A stretch of 64,000 nt of DNA from Antedon mediterranea (taxonomy: Eukaryota > Animalia > Echinodermata). How positions within the stretch are numbered: position 1 is the first letter of the stretch; each line of letters opens with the position of its first letter. A program made the position numbers and the translations under genes. This document shows positions 13,801-25,400 of this stretch, one piece after another. The notes under the pieces are model-generated. The model did not search any database, had not been told where the DNA came from, and saw only the letters and a program-made list of their open reading frames with translations. Where the stretch lies: positions 29,034,871 through 29,098,870 of the forward strand of contig NC_092676.1 of the NCBI RefSeq assembly GCF_964355755.1, in the 5' to 3' direction.

Positions 13801-16800
13801 TATCATTGCATACTGCATGCTAAGTTTCAATCTATGAATGTTATCGTTCTAACACCAGATCATAATGATATATTATGAACAATTACATTAGATGCATAAA
13901 CTACCCAACCAAAACTAATTTTATTATTGTAAATTAAACAAGATCATCAAAATGTTATTTATAGCAGGCCTATTGAGCTAACACATACAGTAATGTATAA
14001 CAAACTTAAGGATATCAAAATTACTTAATATTATCGATATCCAGATTTATTGTAATAATTGTTTTTCTTTATTCCACAAAAGCCAAATTCAATTAAAAAT
14101 TTATTCATAGACGTTCATCATTAAAACTAAAATATCTACCAATAAAATTAATCAAAAAATAACAGAAATTAGCAGTTTAATACTGAGCACAGTACTGTAC
14201 TTCAATTGATGGGAAACTTCAAAACTAAATTCAATGACTTTACATGATATCATTATTACAAGAAGAAAACTGTCATTTCTCAAATTCACACTGTGAACAT
14301 TGGTTATAAATTATTAAACATGAAATATGAAATTCAAAATGCTGACAATAGATGCTGACGTCAATGCATTATATTTCAGTGGAAAAAACATGAAAATGTA
14401 TGTGAAAAGTAGAACAAAGTTTAAAAACAAAAAGATCAACATTTCAAATTTTAACAAGCACTGCTAGTGACATGAAAGCATTCTCTATCTATTCTCTAGG
14501 AAACATTGATCATTTTGTGCACAAATCTAAAGCTGTCTATACACTATCAAACTGTATGTGACAAAAGATGTGATGTGATATATGGACATGATGATGTCAT
14601 ATCACTACTGTATTTGGTCATATCACTACCATATTTGGGCTGATCACACTTTTTGGTCAAACTTGTCTGATAGTGTAGACAAAGCTTTCAGGATGAAACT
14701 AAACACAAGCTAAAATGTACATGCCTAACTTTACTGGTTAACTATAAATAAATGGAATACCAACCTTATTTTCTAAGATAATAAGCGTCAAGACTTTGAG
14801 ACAGGTCTCCACGCCAAGTAACTCCAGTGGTAGATGTAAAGGATAGTCGACCAATGAGAACCTAGTATGGTCGGGTAGTGCAAACGTCAACGGAGAATGT
14901 AAATTGTTTGGCAACACATCTAGCTCAACTCTTGTCTTCCCTGGTACGGGCACTGGCGCACTTAATAAGCGCAAAATCCACGTTTCTATTTCACGGATGT
15001 CGTGCCGAACCATCGTTGGTATCTCATTGCATATACCGGTTAAAACGCCCCAAATTGAATCCCTTAAAGAAAAAATAACATGCCAGGGTTAGTAGAATTT
15101 TGTTTTTTATTATTTTAATAAAATTTCAAAACAACAAAATATTGCATGTCATAAAGAAATAAAATGGTTAGATGGGGAAGAATTAATTAACACTTTTGTA
15201 CTATTAGCATGGCAGAGAAAATTACTGTCACGGTGAAAGTATAGTTTTGATGGCGCATCCCTTTCTGATCCACAATTTATGATTTAGGGACAAATGTTAA
15301 ACTATAAAACTATGATACTGTATGATGATCAAATAAAGATTGAAACGTTGAAGCATGGCTTGCTTCTCATTTCTTGGAGTTAGTTTTATGCTATGATACT
15401 GTATTTCATTTATATAATAGTTATTTTAGCTTTAGTATGCTAAAATAACTATTTAGAGCTAGTTAGGTAACCATATAAACCATCATATCTAGTAAATTGT
15501 CATTATTTATTGGTACAGGTACTATAGGCAGATGTTCCACTATAAAATTCTTACAGTATTTTCCTGGGAAATAGGCTTTTTTTAGTGTAGCCAGTTTTAA
15601 AAGCAATAGTCTGTAAAATTAGATGAAAATAGATTTACCATCTATTTTCGTATTTTAGTCCCATTGGTTTGATAAAAAGAATGTTATACACATAGCTACA
15701 GCTAAGTTTCTATTGACTATTAATTGCAGATAGTCAGTCAGTACTATTTACTTTAGCAATGAGTAAATGGGAGGAAAATAAAAAACGTGATGAACCTGAT
15801 GCTTCACGTGTAAATTTCATTGATTTTATTGGACAATTCAAGGAAGAGAAATCCATAGAAAGTACAAGATAATGCATTGTATTGCATTTATTCAGCTGAT
15901 GCCGCTATACAGAGTTAACAGGGCCAGTAATAGAAAAAAACTAAATAGATTATTTTTGTATTTTTGTGGTAAAAAATAACGAACAATGGTTGCCATTGTA
16001 TTAATTGTTCGTATTGTAGTCGACTTTTAAAGTGATTATTCAGTTATTTTAATGCCAAAATATTTTATATTTGAAGGTAAATTATTGTGGGGGTGTATGT
16101 ATTGTATTGTATTGAATGTGTATAACAGTTTACAGTACATTCACCCATCAAAATATAAAGGATCTTTATAAATTAATTATTTAACGAATGATCAATCATT
16201 CATTATATATTGAGTATGATGATACTGAAAATGTTTAGAAAATTAATTTGTACATTGTTTTAACCAAAAAAATATAACAGTAGGCTTACAAACATTTGCT
16301 GCTTACATATGTTAATTTGAATGCTAATAGTATATTGCTTTTATTTTTAATTAAAATTATTTAATCAAATATTGCAACCAATTAATAGTAAACAAATAAA
16401 ATTCAATAATTGAGCTGTCAAATGCATTTAGACTTTAATAATCTTATTTACCAGAAGCCTCTAGTCAAACCAATTCTAAATACTGATGACCAAACAGCAC
16501 AAAACAATTAAAAGATAACAATGACGCTGATTACGTCATACAATAATTGATTTTACTATTAGCAAAAGGCAAGCCCGAGATAATTCTTAAGAGTTATACA
16601 CGTGCATAATACCGTGTGCTTGCGTGGTAAATAGCGAAGACATCAATTATGAAAAGTAGATGTCAGAGATGAATTACGTCGTTGCTGTCGTTGTACCAAG
16701 GACTTGCTATATTTCAATAAGGTCAAAGTTTAAATATTGCTATACAGTATTATGAATCAATCATTATTAATTAAGTCTGTTTAAAGATGACAGAAATTGT

Positions 16801-18556
16801 GAAATATTTAATTTCTATCATAAATTATAATTATTAATAATAAACAAGATTCATAAGGAAATTTCATGACTTTCTTCTACTGTAATACACCATCCATATC
16901 TTCTCTAATGAAATTTAATAATCATAAAATATGAATTTTTCCAGACTTGTAAAAATGAGAATCAGCTGTTACGTGATGTTACACAACGTTCAATATTGTG
17001 TTACCGATCAATAATAAGGGTCAAAAGGTCAAACATGATGACAGAGGATCTATGTTAATGTTCAATATTAACATTTAGGCATGTACTTTACTCAATTATT
17101 ATTTAATAATAATAACCCATTAAAGATTTTTTTGTTTTGTTAATAATACTGTAATTGTAATTTCACATACTGTAGTAAAGTAATACTCAATATATTATAT
17201 TTCATCAGTGTATAGTAAAATAAAAATAATTCATAGTAATTGTCGTGCTACACAAATGTGCCTACATTGTATCAGTAAAACTGTATTTGATTTATTGTCA
17301 ATTATCTTTTGAAATTGTTAATCTATAAAGTAAATTTTTAAAACGTTATTTGGATCTGAAGAAATCTGGAGAAATAAAGTAAAGTATTATAGAATTGAGA
17401 ACAATTCTAAACTGCATAGTACTTTATGCAATGATTGTTGACTTATTACAATATGCATAAAGCTAATTAAAGTTTAGTATGCTGGGCCCCATGTGCATGA
17501 TGCTGCATACATACTCATGACAAGCTACAGTAGGCAGTGTTGTTTAGATTTAATATAATAAAGTGATAACAACGATCTCTTGGGTTCATGTAATAACACA
17601 TTGTCACATTAATGTAATTTTGAAGTTAACATAATTACAATACAGTACATTAGCTATGTATACATCCGCTTAACATTTACAGGCTTATTGTACAGTGTAA
17701 ATATGTTTTTCAGTCACATGACAGAAATGAGGGGTATTAATCTGTGCATAACACATATTTCAGAAATATTGTTTATTCTTTAATTTTTTAAGAAGAAAGC
17801 AAAATGAAAATATATTTATGTTTGAAAGAATGAAGGAAATAAATGTTGTTTGATGAATGAATACTTACTGAAACTCAAAATTAATATTTAAAAAACTCAA
17901 ATACTTTATATTTTTAAAAACACCCACCTTAAATTATTTTTTCCTGCATGTTTTCTACTGGTACTTCTGTCATGACATGCGTCAATTAACCTCTTCAAAA
18001 TAAAAAGACATTCTCTGAACGTCGACACGAATGGGTGATGACTCAAGATGCACAACGACGTTAGAGAATTATTTCGCACTTTCTTTGATTGTTTTATGCG
18101 TCGTTTAGTGCGAGGAGACCTTTTCAGTTCCTGATCGTCGGAAAGGGGTAAACTCAATGTGTCATTACTACTAGATGAATTCTGTCGGTTATTTACAAGC
18201 ATTTTCTCACGTTTCCCGCCAGCAGATTTACGATCTGATGTCCTGAACGGTCGGTAGAAATTAAGACAAATTCCATAACGCATACGACCACTATCTTTAT
18301 CAGTTAACGTGAAAACAAAGGACGTATTATCTCGCAAACTGTTTCGTTTTTGGCCAACCGTCAAGCAACCTTCGGGCTGGCAGAAGAATATAACGTCTGG
18401 TGGTAACCGGAAGTCACGATGATCTTCGGCGGGGTACCGTCGCAAAAGTTCTGGTGTTTGCGCAACTTCATTGTTCCGATTTGGATGTTTAGCGCCAACG
18501 ATTACAAGGTAATCTAAAAGTCTTGGACAAAGGTAGCTACCCTTCCAGTTAGACAT
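1863..18556 (-). CDS. MADD: MAP kinase-activating death domain protein (DENN/MADD, Rab3/Rab27 GEF), 5' part; gene continues beyond the left edge
   Basis: Phase-consistent GT-AG exons: 18556-17928 ([21 protein letters not shown]...FFCQPEGC..., uDENN), 15062-14765 ([12 protein letters not shown]...[27 protein letters not shown]), 12551-12420 ([15 protein letters not shown]...[10 protein letters not shown]), 10307-10194 ([16 protein letters not shown]...VWLVDLDSN), 7547-7467, 4589-4296 ([14 protein letters not shown]...[16 protein letters not shown]), 3656-3329 ([13 protein letters not shown]), 3013-2859, 1949-1899/1863. These motifs are characteristic of MADD. Confidence 0.95.
2041..2187. mobile_element. 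Tourist-like (PIF/Harbinger) MITE, family A
   Basis: Family TIR AGCTCTGTCTACACTATCAAAC, internal atatggacatgatgatgtcatatcactaccatattt. Confidence 0.8.
2589..2718. mobile_element. MITE family A
   Basis: Same TIR and core. Confidence 0.8.
3861..4228 (+). mobile_element. 5S rRNA-derived SINE (SINE3) in a MADD intron
   Basis: 3861-3977 is a full-length 5S rRNA-like head (tacggc..taccacgttgaaacaccggttctcgt..gatcaccgaagttaagc..ttggatgggagacc..ctgggaata.cgggtgctgta) with no oligo-T terminator, followed by a ~220-bp body, AATAAA and an A-rich tail. Confidence 0.85.
6069..6215. mobile_element. MITE family A
   Basis: Same TIR and core. Confidence 0.8.
9503..9815 (+). mobile_element. tRNA-derived SINE, family B
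   Basis: A-box-like (tggtggtt) and B-box (ggttcaagtcc) head; inverted homologue at 33980-34214. Confidence 0.65.
11363..11590. mobile_element. Two adjacent MITE family A copies, the second truncated
   Basis: ctgtcgacactatcaaa...ttgatagtagaca, then actctgtctacactatcaaac...cactaccatatt. Confidence 0.7.
12226..12386. mobile_element. Short MITE, PIF/Harbinger-like
   Basis: TIR AGGGTCTTTCA / TGAAAGACCCT around a GC-richer interior. Confidence 0.55.
14531..14686. mobile_element. MITE family A
   Basis: Same TIR and core. Confidence 0.75.
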
Positions 18557-19164
18557 AATGTTCTTATTGTCATAAACTGCTGAACAGCATCATACTTCAA
18601 ATTTTGAGTTACAAATTTGTTTATTGCTTTATAGTTATTAAGATGTCTTCAATTTACACATCCTCTCTGAGAATTTAAAAAAAAAAGTGTTATCATAAAT
18701 ACTCCTCAACAGTTTCGTTTCAGTACTTTATCCTTCTCTATAATCATATAAAAACAAGTGCTAGTTTAGTTATATATAGCCATACACAATCATCCCACAA
18801 ATAGATATTCACTCATTATTGACTACTACTACGTCTCTCTCTCTATGTTTAATACACCGACTCCGAAGGAGTTTCTCTTTAATTTTATGTCTGCTTTGTA
18901 TCAAATCACGGACACACAGTATCTAACTACCATCTGGGCTAAACTAAACAAAAGATGGTTTGGTATATTACGATAAAGACAACACTATCTATAAGCTAGC
19001 TACCAGCAATTCTTTCATTTAAAACCCATCAGTGTCAGCAGGCAGCAGACAATCTCTCCGCCCCTTTTTCTACTCGCAGGCTACCACCACCAGCAGCACG
19101 TCAAAATAAAAAGATGTTTCACTCAGCCATACTCCAGTGTTTTAACATCCTATATTTTACTTAC

Positions 19165-19290
19165 AATATAGCGCATTCGATGTAAAAATATGCAAATAAA
19201 TACTACTTGATAAATAGGTTTGATATACACTGATCTGGTGAAGTAAACAAAGCAAAATTATAGTAAATTTCTAGCTTCGTTTTGCGGTCT
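19165..19290 (-). other. MADD: Probable non-coding first exon of MADD
   Basis: Minus-strand GTAAGT donor at 19164-19159; polypyrimidine/CAG acceptor opens the ATG exon at 18666. The 5' boundary is approximate. Confidence 0.5.
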
Positions 19291-19452
19291 GACATACGAC
19301 TATTCAATGACCGACCGACCTTGAAAATGAAAATAAATGATCGATACGCGATCGATAATGAGGGCGCACTTGCAATATTGTCAGTGCTTTTTTTCGATGT
19401 TTATTTCGATCACTTTTTCAGTTGGTCGTATTGTTTTTTCATATTTTATATA
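19280..19452. promoter_or_regulatory. Probable bidirectional promoter between MADD and the plus-strand gene
   Basis: Short CpG-containing stretch (cgatacgcgatcg, gggcgcac) between divergent first exons less than 300 bp apart. Confidence 0.5.
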
Positions 19453-22400
19453 ATGGACGATTTCAAAATGAACGCTGCAAAAATGGTATTAATTAATTGT
19501 CTTATCGGTTCAAGATATTGCTTTGGTAAATTTGGTTTGTAAAGGCGCCAAACGTAGATTAGATAGGCTAGGCCTAGGCTAGCTAGCTAGAGAGTACAGG
19601 TAAAGAAGAAAGCGAGAGTACGCCTGAAAGAAGACCTCATACACACATACGTTCATCTAAATGATAGGCCTAGGTGTTGGCGTCCTTAGTAACCAACCAT
19701 ACATATTATTATTTATTGGAAATTATTGTAGGCCTCATGAGAAAAATACATTTTAATATTTATAATAAAATATTAATTATAATAAATAATAATTATTATT
19801 AATTTATTAATATTATTTATTGATAAATAATTAATAATAAGTATTTAATAATGTATTTGTTATGCGCGATTTGAACGATTTGCGCAATTTGAAATTGCGC
19901 AAAAAAATCCTTGCGCAATTTGAAATTGCGCAAATAATTCTTGCGCAATTTAAAATTGCGCAAGGATTTTTTTGCGCAATTTCAAATTGCGCAATCAACT
20001 TGCGCAATTTCAAATTGCGCAAGAAAATCTTTGCGCAATTTTAAATTGCGCTGCACAATTTGTAAATTGCGCAAGATAGTTCTTGCGCAATATGACACCT
20101 TTGCGCAATTTGAAAACGAACTGTAAATTTTCCCATACATGGCTAGGCTAGGCCTACTAGGCAGAGGAGTTTAACATTTAGTATTTTATTATATAAATAA
20201 GACCATTTCAATGAAGATAATGTTTAATACTCACTTTTTAAGTTTTTAATATGTAACCTTGTCAGTATCAGTAGTCCAGACCCTAGCTAGGCTAGAGTAG
20301 TATAGCCGGCCGCCCGCGCCGCGCCCGCCTGGTGGAACACCACCGCTTCGTTTTCCTTCGTCGGTTCTTCGACGGTATGCTAACTTATAACAATATTTGC
20401 ACTACTAAAATAAGGAAATGTGATATTTATCTTTAATTTTGAATCATTCTTAGAAATTACTATAAAAATATGGGTGTGCATGATTTCACAATCTGTCGAA
20501 AAACCTTGCGCAATTTGCAGATTACTTGCGCAATTTAATACGTTGCTTGCGCAATTTGAAACACATGTTTCAATTCAAATTGCGCAAGGATTTTTTTTGC
20601 GCAATTTCAAATTGCGCAAATCGTTCAAATCGCGCATAACATATTCACACATCTCCAGAGCTGAATCAGTTAAAGCCTAACCTTTAGAACTGAACAATTT
20701 ATAAATCATTTATAAAACTGATTTTCTTTCTAGCTGATTTACTGTATGAGGCTTTGTATCAAGAGATAATAAAAATTTCTGCAAATCAATTTTTTTTTAT
20801 TTTAACCATCAGATAGCTGCACAACAGCGCAAGAACAGAGCCCAGTCACCAGAGACGGAAAGCAACTGGGATAGCTCAGAACCTGAAGATAATGTTCCTC
20901 AGATAAGCTCAGATGACGAAGAGAGTTTTAAGTACACCCCAAAAAAACAAACACAAAGGCAAAATAATAATAAAAGTAAATCAATTTGAAATTATTTTGT
21001 TGAACTATCGATGTAAAATAATAAATCGTTGAATCATCCTCACATTAATTGCATCTTGATCCCATCATTCTTCTTATTAATAATGTTATATTTTGCCAGC
21101 ATTATCATTTACTTACTTTTATTTTCAATTTATTTATAGTCAACTGAACTCGCAGGCATGCTAATATCCAGGGGGCCTCTTTAAAATGATAAAATATACA
21201 CATCTATTATACCTACCTAAATTATGGTTATTATATCACATTCAGTAATGTCTTTGTACTTTTTATTTACATTTTTAAGGCTATAACAACAGTACAACTC
21301 AGAATTCTACCCCACCTGTTGCTGCTGCATATGTAAAGCAAGAACGACACTCAAATAGGAACTCACCTGCTCTCAGCACAAAAAGGTTGAAACACGTTTG
21401 TTTTTTTGTCATTTAAAAATAATAACCTTATTTGGAACATCTTGGCTGGAACACATTCACTAGCACTAATCATGGCCATGGTTGTTTTGCTGAAGATCAT
21501 ATTTTATTATCCATACCATAGTTGGGCACATATAACACTGTTTTTGTGTCCAAAGCTGGCCTTACCAATTAGCATTTAGTTTTATATTTTCAGTGCCAGT
21601 AAAAGAAACCAAAAAGATGTGAATGTTTTTGTTGATAATGGTTTTGATTCTGATGAGAATGAACCAGTTTCTTCAACAATTAAAAGAAAGCCAAAAGAGG
21701 AAGTACCACCATATGATTTTAAAGGTGTAATAAAAGGTAGTGTTATTTCTGCTTCAATTGTGATATTTACAAATTTAGTTTATTTAAATCTACAGTATTA
21801 TATAACACCTAAATAAATTTCTGTCATTTTATTTGACGATTGTCGTGCAATAGTACGCACTATGTAACGATTGTTAAATAGTACTTTTTTATCGTTTATG
21901 AAAAAAATCTCATTAACCTCATGGCATTATTTGTACCATTCCACTCGTAATCAATCAATACTAAATTGTTGTATTTATATTTTTATAGAAGGACGAGATC
22001 CAAGCAAACAAACAACTCAGCCAACAGGCAAGCATCGAAAAGGACAATTATATGATGTGTCTACTAAACAAGAGAGTAAGTATTCCTATCAATAATATGT
22101 GATGTGTCTACTAAACAAGGGAGTAAGTATTCCTATCAATAATATGTGATGTGTCTACTAAACAAGAGAGTAAGTATTCCTATCAATAATATGTTTGTAT
22201 TATTTAGTTTCTAAACTTAGTAATTATTCATTTTATTATAGTTTCCATTTTAACAGGTAAAAGTCAGAATGGTTCAGCTTTCGACTCTGATGAAGAAAGG
22301 GAAATGTTGGCAGAAATTCGCACAGAGATGAAGAAAGTGAATAAAAACCACCTTGATGTTCCAAAAGGTAAAACATAAATTATTGGAATTTTTTTGAATA

Positions 22401-25400
22401 CATTTTTTCTCTCCCTTCCGTTCTAACACCTTGGTACAACCTGTAAGAAAATTATTATTATTTTTTTCTTATGAAGTTAAATGTTGTCATACTTTAGGGA
22501 GAGATGTTAGACAAAGGGTTTCGGACAATCAACCAACCGTCTCAAAAAGTACACCAAAGGTATCCAAGGTCAAGGAAGACAAGAAAAGTGATCTTTTTAC
22601 TGTAGGAGTGCCTGCATCCAATAGAGGACAAGAATCGTTGGAGAATACTGGACAGCTGGAGTTGCAAAGTGTGACGATGTCAGAGAAAGGTTATCCCACT
22701 CAGCCATCAGGCAACATTGGAACCAGGTAAAGGGTACTCTTTCAATTTGTTGGGCACCGGAAAACTACTCTTCTCTAGAAATATATTCCAATCTTAATTC
22801 CCCAATGTACTAAACTTAGATTTGTTTAGAAACTCATCTTTTTGTCCAGGCTTATACATAATAATTCCCTCCATTTTAAATTTGCAATTTGATTCTGTAT
22901 TTTAATCTGAGGTGATTGCATACTATAAACATCCTAAGGCGCCTTGAGTACCTTAGGTGGCGAAGTGAACTCTAGAAATCTGTATTATTATTATTATTAC
23001 AAATTGTATTAATTCTTTTTACAGATATGTTTATCATTATGAGCATGGTAGCCTTGAGTATTATGACACAAGGAATGGAAGAGAGGAGATCTACATGGCA
23101 AATATTGCTGACAAGTAAGTATTGTGATTAAATATGTATTGTACATCAAACGATGCCACGACTAAGGCATTAACAGAGCCACATTTAGCTATCTATAAGC
23201 CATAGGTCCAGTGTACACATCTAGCTCATGCACTTTAAATAACCTAGTACATCTTTCGAGACGAGTAGGGGGTTACCCCGGTGTATTAGTACATCACAGC
23301 CACTAATTATAACTGGGTCCTCTGCACACTCACGTCATATTGCGAATTTTGGACAAAAAGTGTTTTGAGAGCGCTTTTGATTTAAACATTAGCGCGAGCC
23401 TATCTTTACCGCTGAGAATTGTATTGAGAAACCCGAAGACTTCACGCGAGCGAGACGAACTGACTAAGAACATTATTACTATAGATTTTCACTTCATACA
23501 CGCTTATTATTGAACAATAGTTAGTATAAATATCTGCTAGTTAATTAGAGACATTCGATGTTACTAAGAATACTAAAGAAATTACTTATAATACAAATTT
23601 AAAAGATTTATAACGATTCTAGTTTAGGTAACATTCGCCCATTAACAATGAAAACAAACAAATCCTGCGTAGGAAATCGCGGAACTCTAAAAACTTTGTT
23701 TTAATATCACGCTAAAATTGTTTCCGAATTTTTAAATACATATTTGTAAATATTATGTTAAATTTCAATATCTTTACTTTTAATCCTCAAAAAATCAAAA
23801 TGTTGATATTTTTTAAAAGAATTTTATGATCATTTGAAATCGGGTATATTTACTATCGATCGCGCTCCGCCGGTGCCCGAGTAGGTGTGTACGCGTCGCT
23901 TTTGCAGGCTCTATTCCCAGTAGCGAGTTTCGGTCGCGCTAACATAAGCAATGTTTTCTACATTTACATGCATTAGGGGTAAATTATGTTTAATTGTTTT
24001 TACCGCATAACAAAATTCCCAAATTTATTTCTTTTGTTGCCTAACCGTTTCTGTCACCCTAAAATCAAATGCTTTAACTGCATAATTTTAAGCGACAATA
24101 ACATACAAATAGGCCTACTATAATTTGATCACTTCTGCGCAATACTTTAAAGTTGTTGTATACAATTATTTTAAGAATATAAATAAAAACACACAGAAAC
24201 TAATAAAATGGCAACTAATTGGAAAGTCAAACTCATTTATTTCATCAATTAAATATTTGAAAAAAATCAAATCAAGTAAGATACTGCTGTGTAGGCCTTA
24301 AATATGATTACTGTATTTTTTTAGTTTTAATTTGTATAATGGCCTAGGCCTAATAATATAGTACTAACAACATGTTTATTTCTAAAGGCAAGAATAACAA
24401 ACAGCTTTATTTATTTACCTTCAATATTAAATCTATGACTGAGAAACCTCAATTATGAGAATCATTTAAATTTCTGTCACCGTACATTTCATTATAATGA
24501 AAACCTTTAATTTAAAAGACATTTAATTAATAAGAGCTGGTCAAATTTTTTTTAATGTCAACATGCTGTCCATAAATAGCCGCTTTCAAGTGATGCAAAT
24601 GTTTTCTGGAGTCAGATCCTATAAAAAATATAGAAATATAAAAAGTATGTTAATTTAAATATGTATTTGAAAGATGGGCTAGAGGTGGTATAGGCCTACT
24701 GCATGATAAATTAGGCTGAAAAACCTAGCATGTGGTCCTAGGCCTACTACAAGGCCTAGCTTGATGTTTTAAATCCCATAAAACGTTTGAATTTAATACA
24801 AGTACAAAATCTAATTTATATAGAGTTGTAAAGTGTGGTACATTCAGTACATTAATTAAAATAAATGAGAATGGGGCCTAATATTAATAAATAAACATGT
24901 AAAAAAATTGGCCTAAACGACTACGTGTGTATCTTATACGCATTGATTAACACGCAGTACGCGTTGGACCATCAAGGCTAGGCCCAGCTTCGCACAAACC
25001 ACCGTTATACATGTGATTTGTTTACCTATTTCAATCGCCATTTAAAAAATACCTGAAAATATCAACATGCCCATTTTTTGTCAAACGAATATTTACATTA
25101 CATAGTAACTTTTTATTTAGTCACTCGTTTACTCAAAAATTGAGGAATTTTTTTATGGTCTCGTAAAAATGTACAATATTATTATTGATAAAAACCGTAT
25201 AAAATCTAACAAAAAGAAGAGCAAATTCAATGATTACCTGACACGATCATAACTGCTATCCTGTTCCAAAAACCAAGTCACATGCTTCTTCAACCCTTGC
25301 TTTAATTATTCTCATGAATTATTCATAAGGAACTATAATTTAAGGCTTTCAATTGGTTAAAAGAGTTTAACCCTATTAAAATTATAAATTCACATCATTT

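Noticed and set aside
17018-17031. DR2 nuclear-receptor element GGGTCAaaAGGTCA (also DR1-like at ~1990, DR3-like at ~28512)
   Set aside because: Short motifs without conservation or binding evidence; cannot be separated from chance.
19831-20126. Overlapping ORFs with LRNLKLRK / FAQFEIAQ repeats
   Set aside because: Translation artefacts of the TTGCGCAA array.
20956-20964. Non-canonical GC donor (AAG|GCAAAA) in exon 2 of the plus-strand gene
   Set aside because: Gives phase 2 and an immediate stop in the next exon; the GT donor at 20976 keeps the frame.
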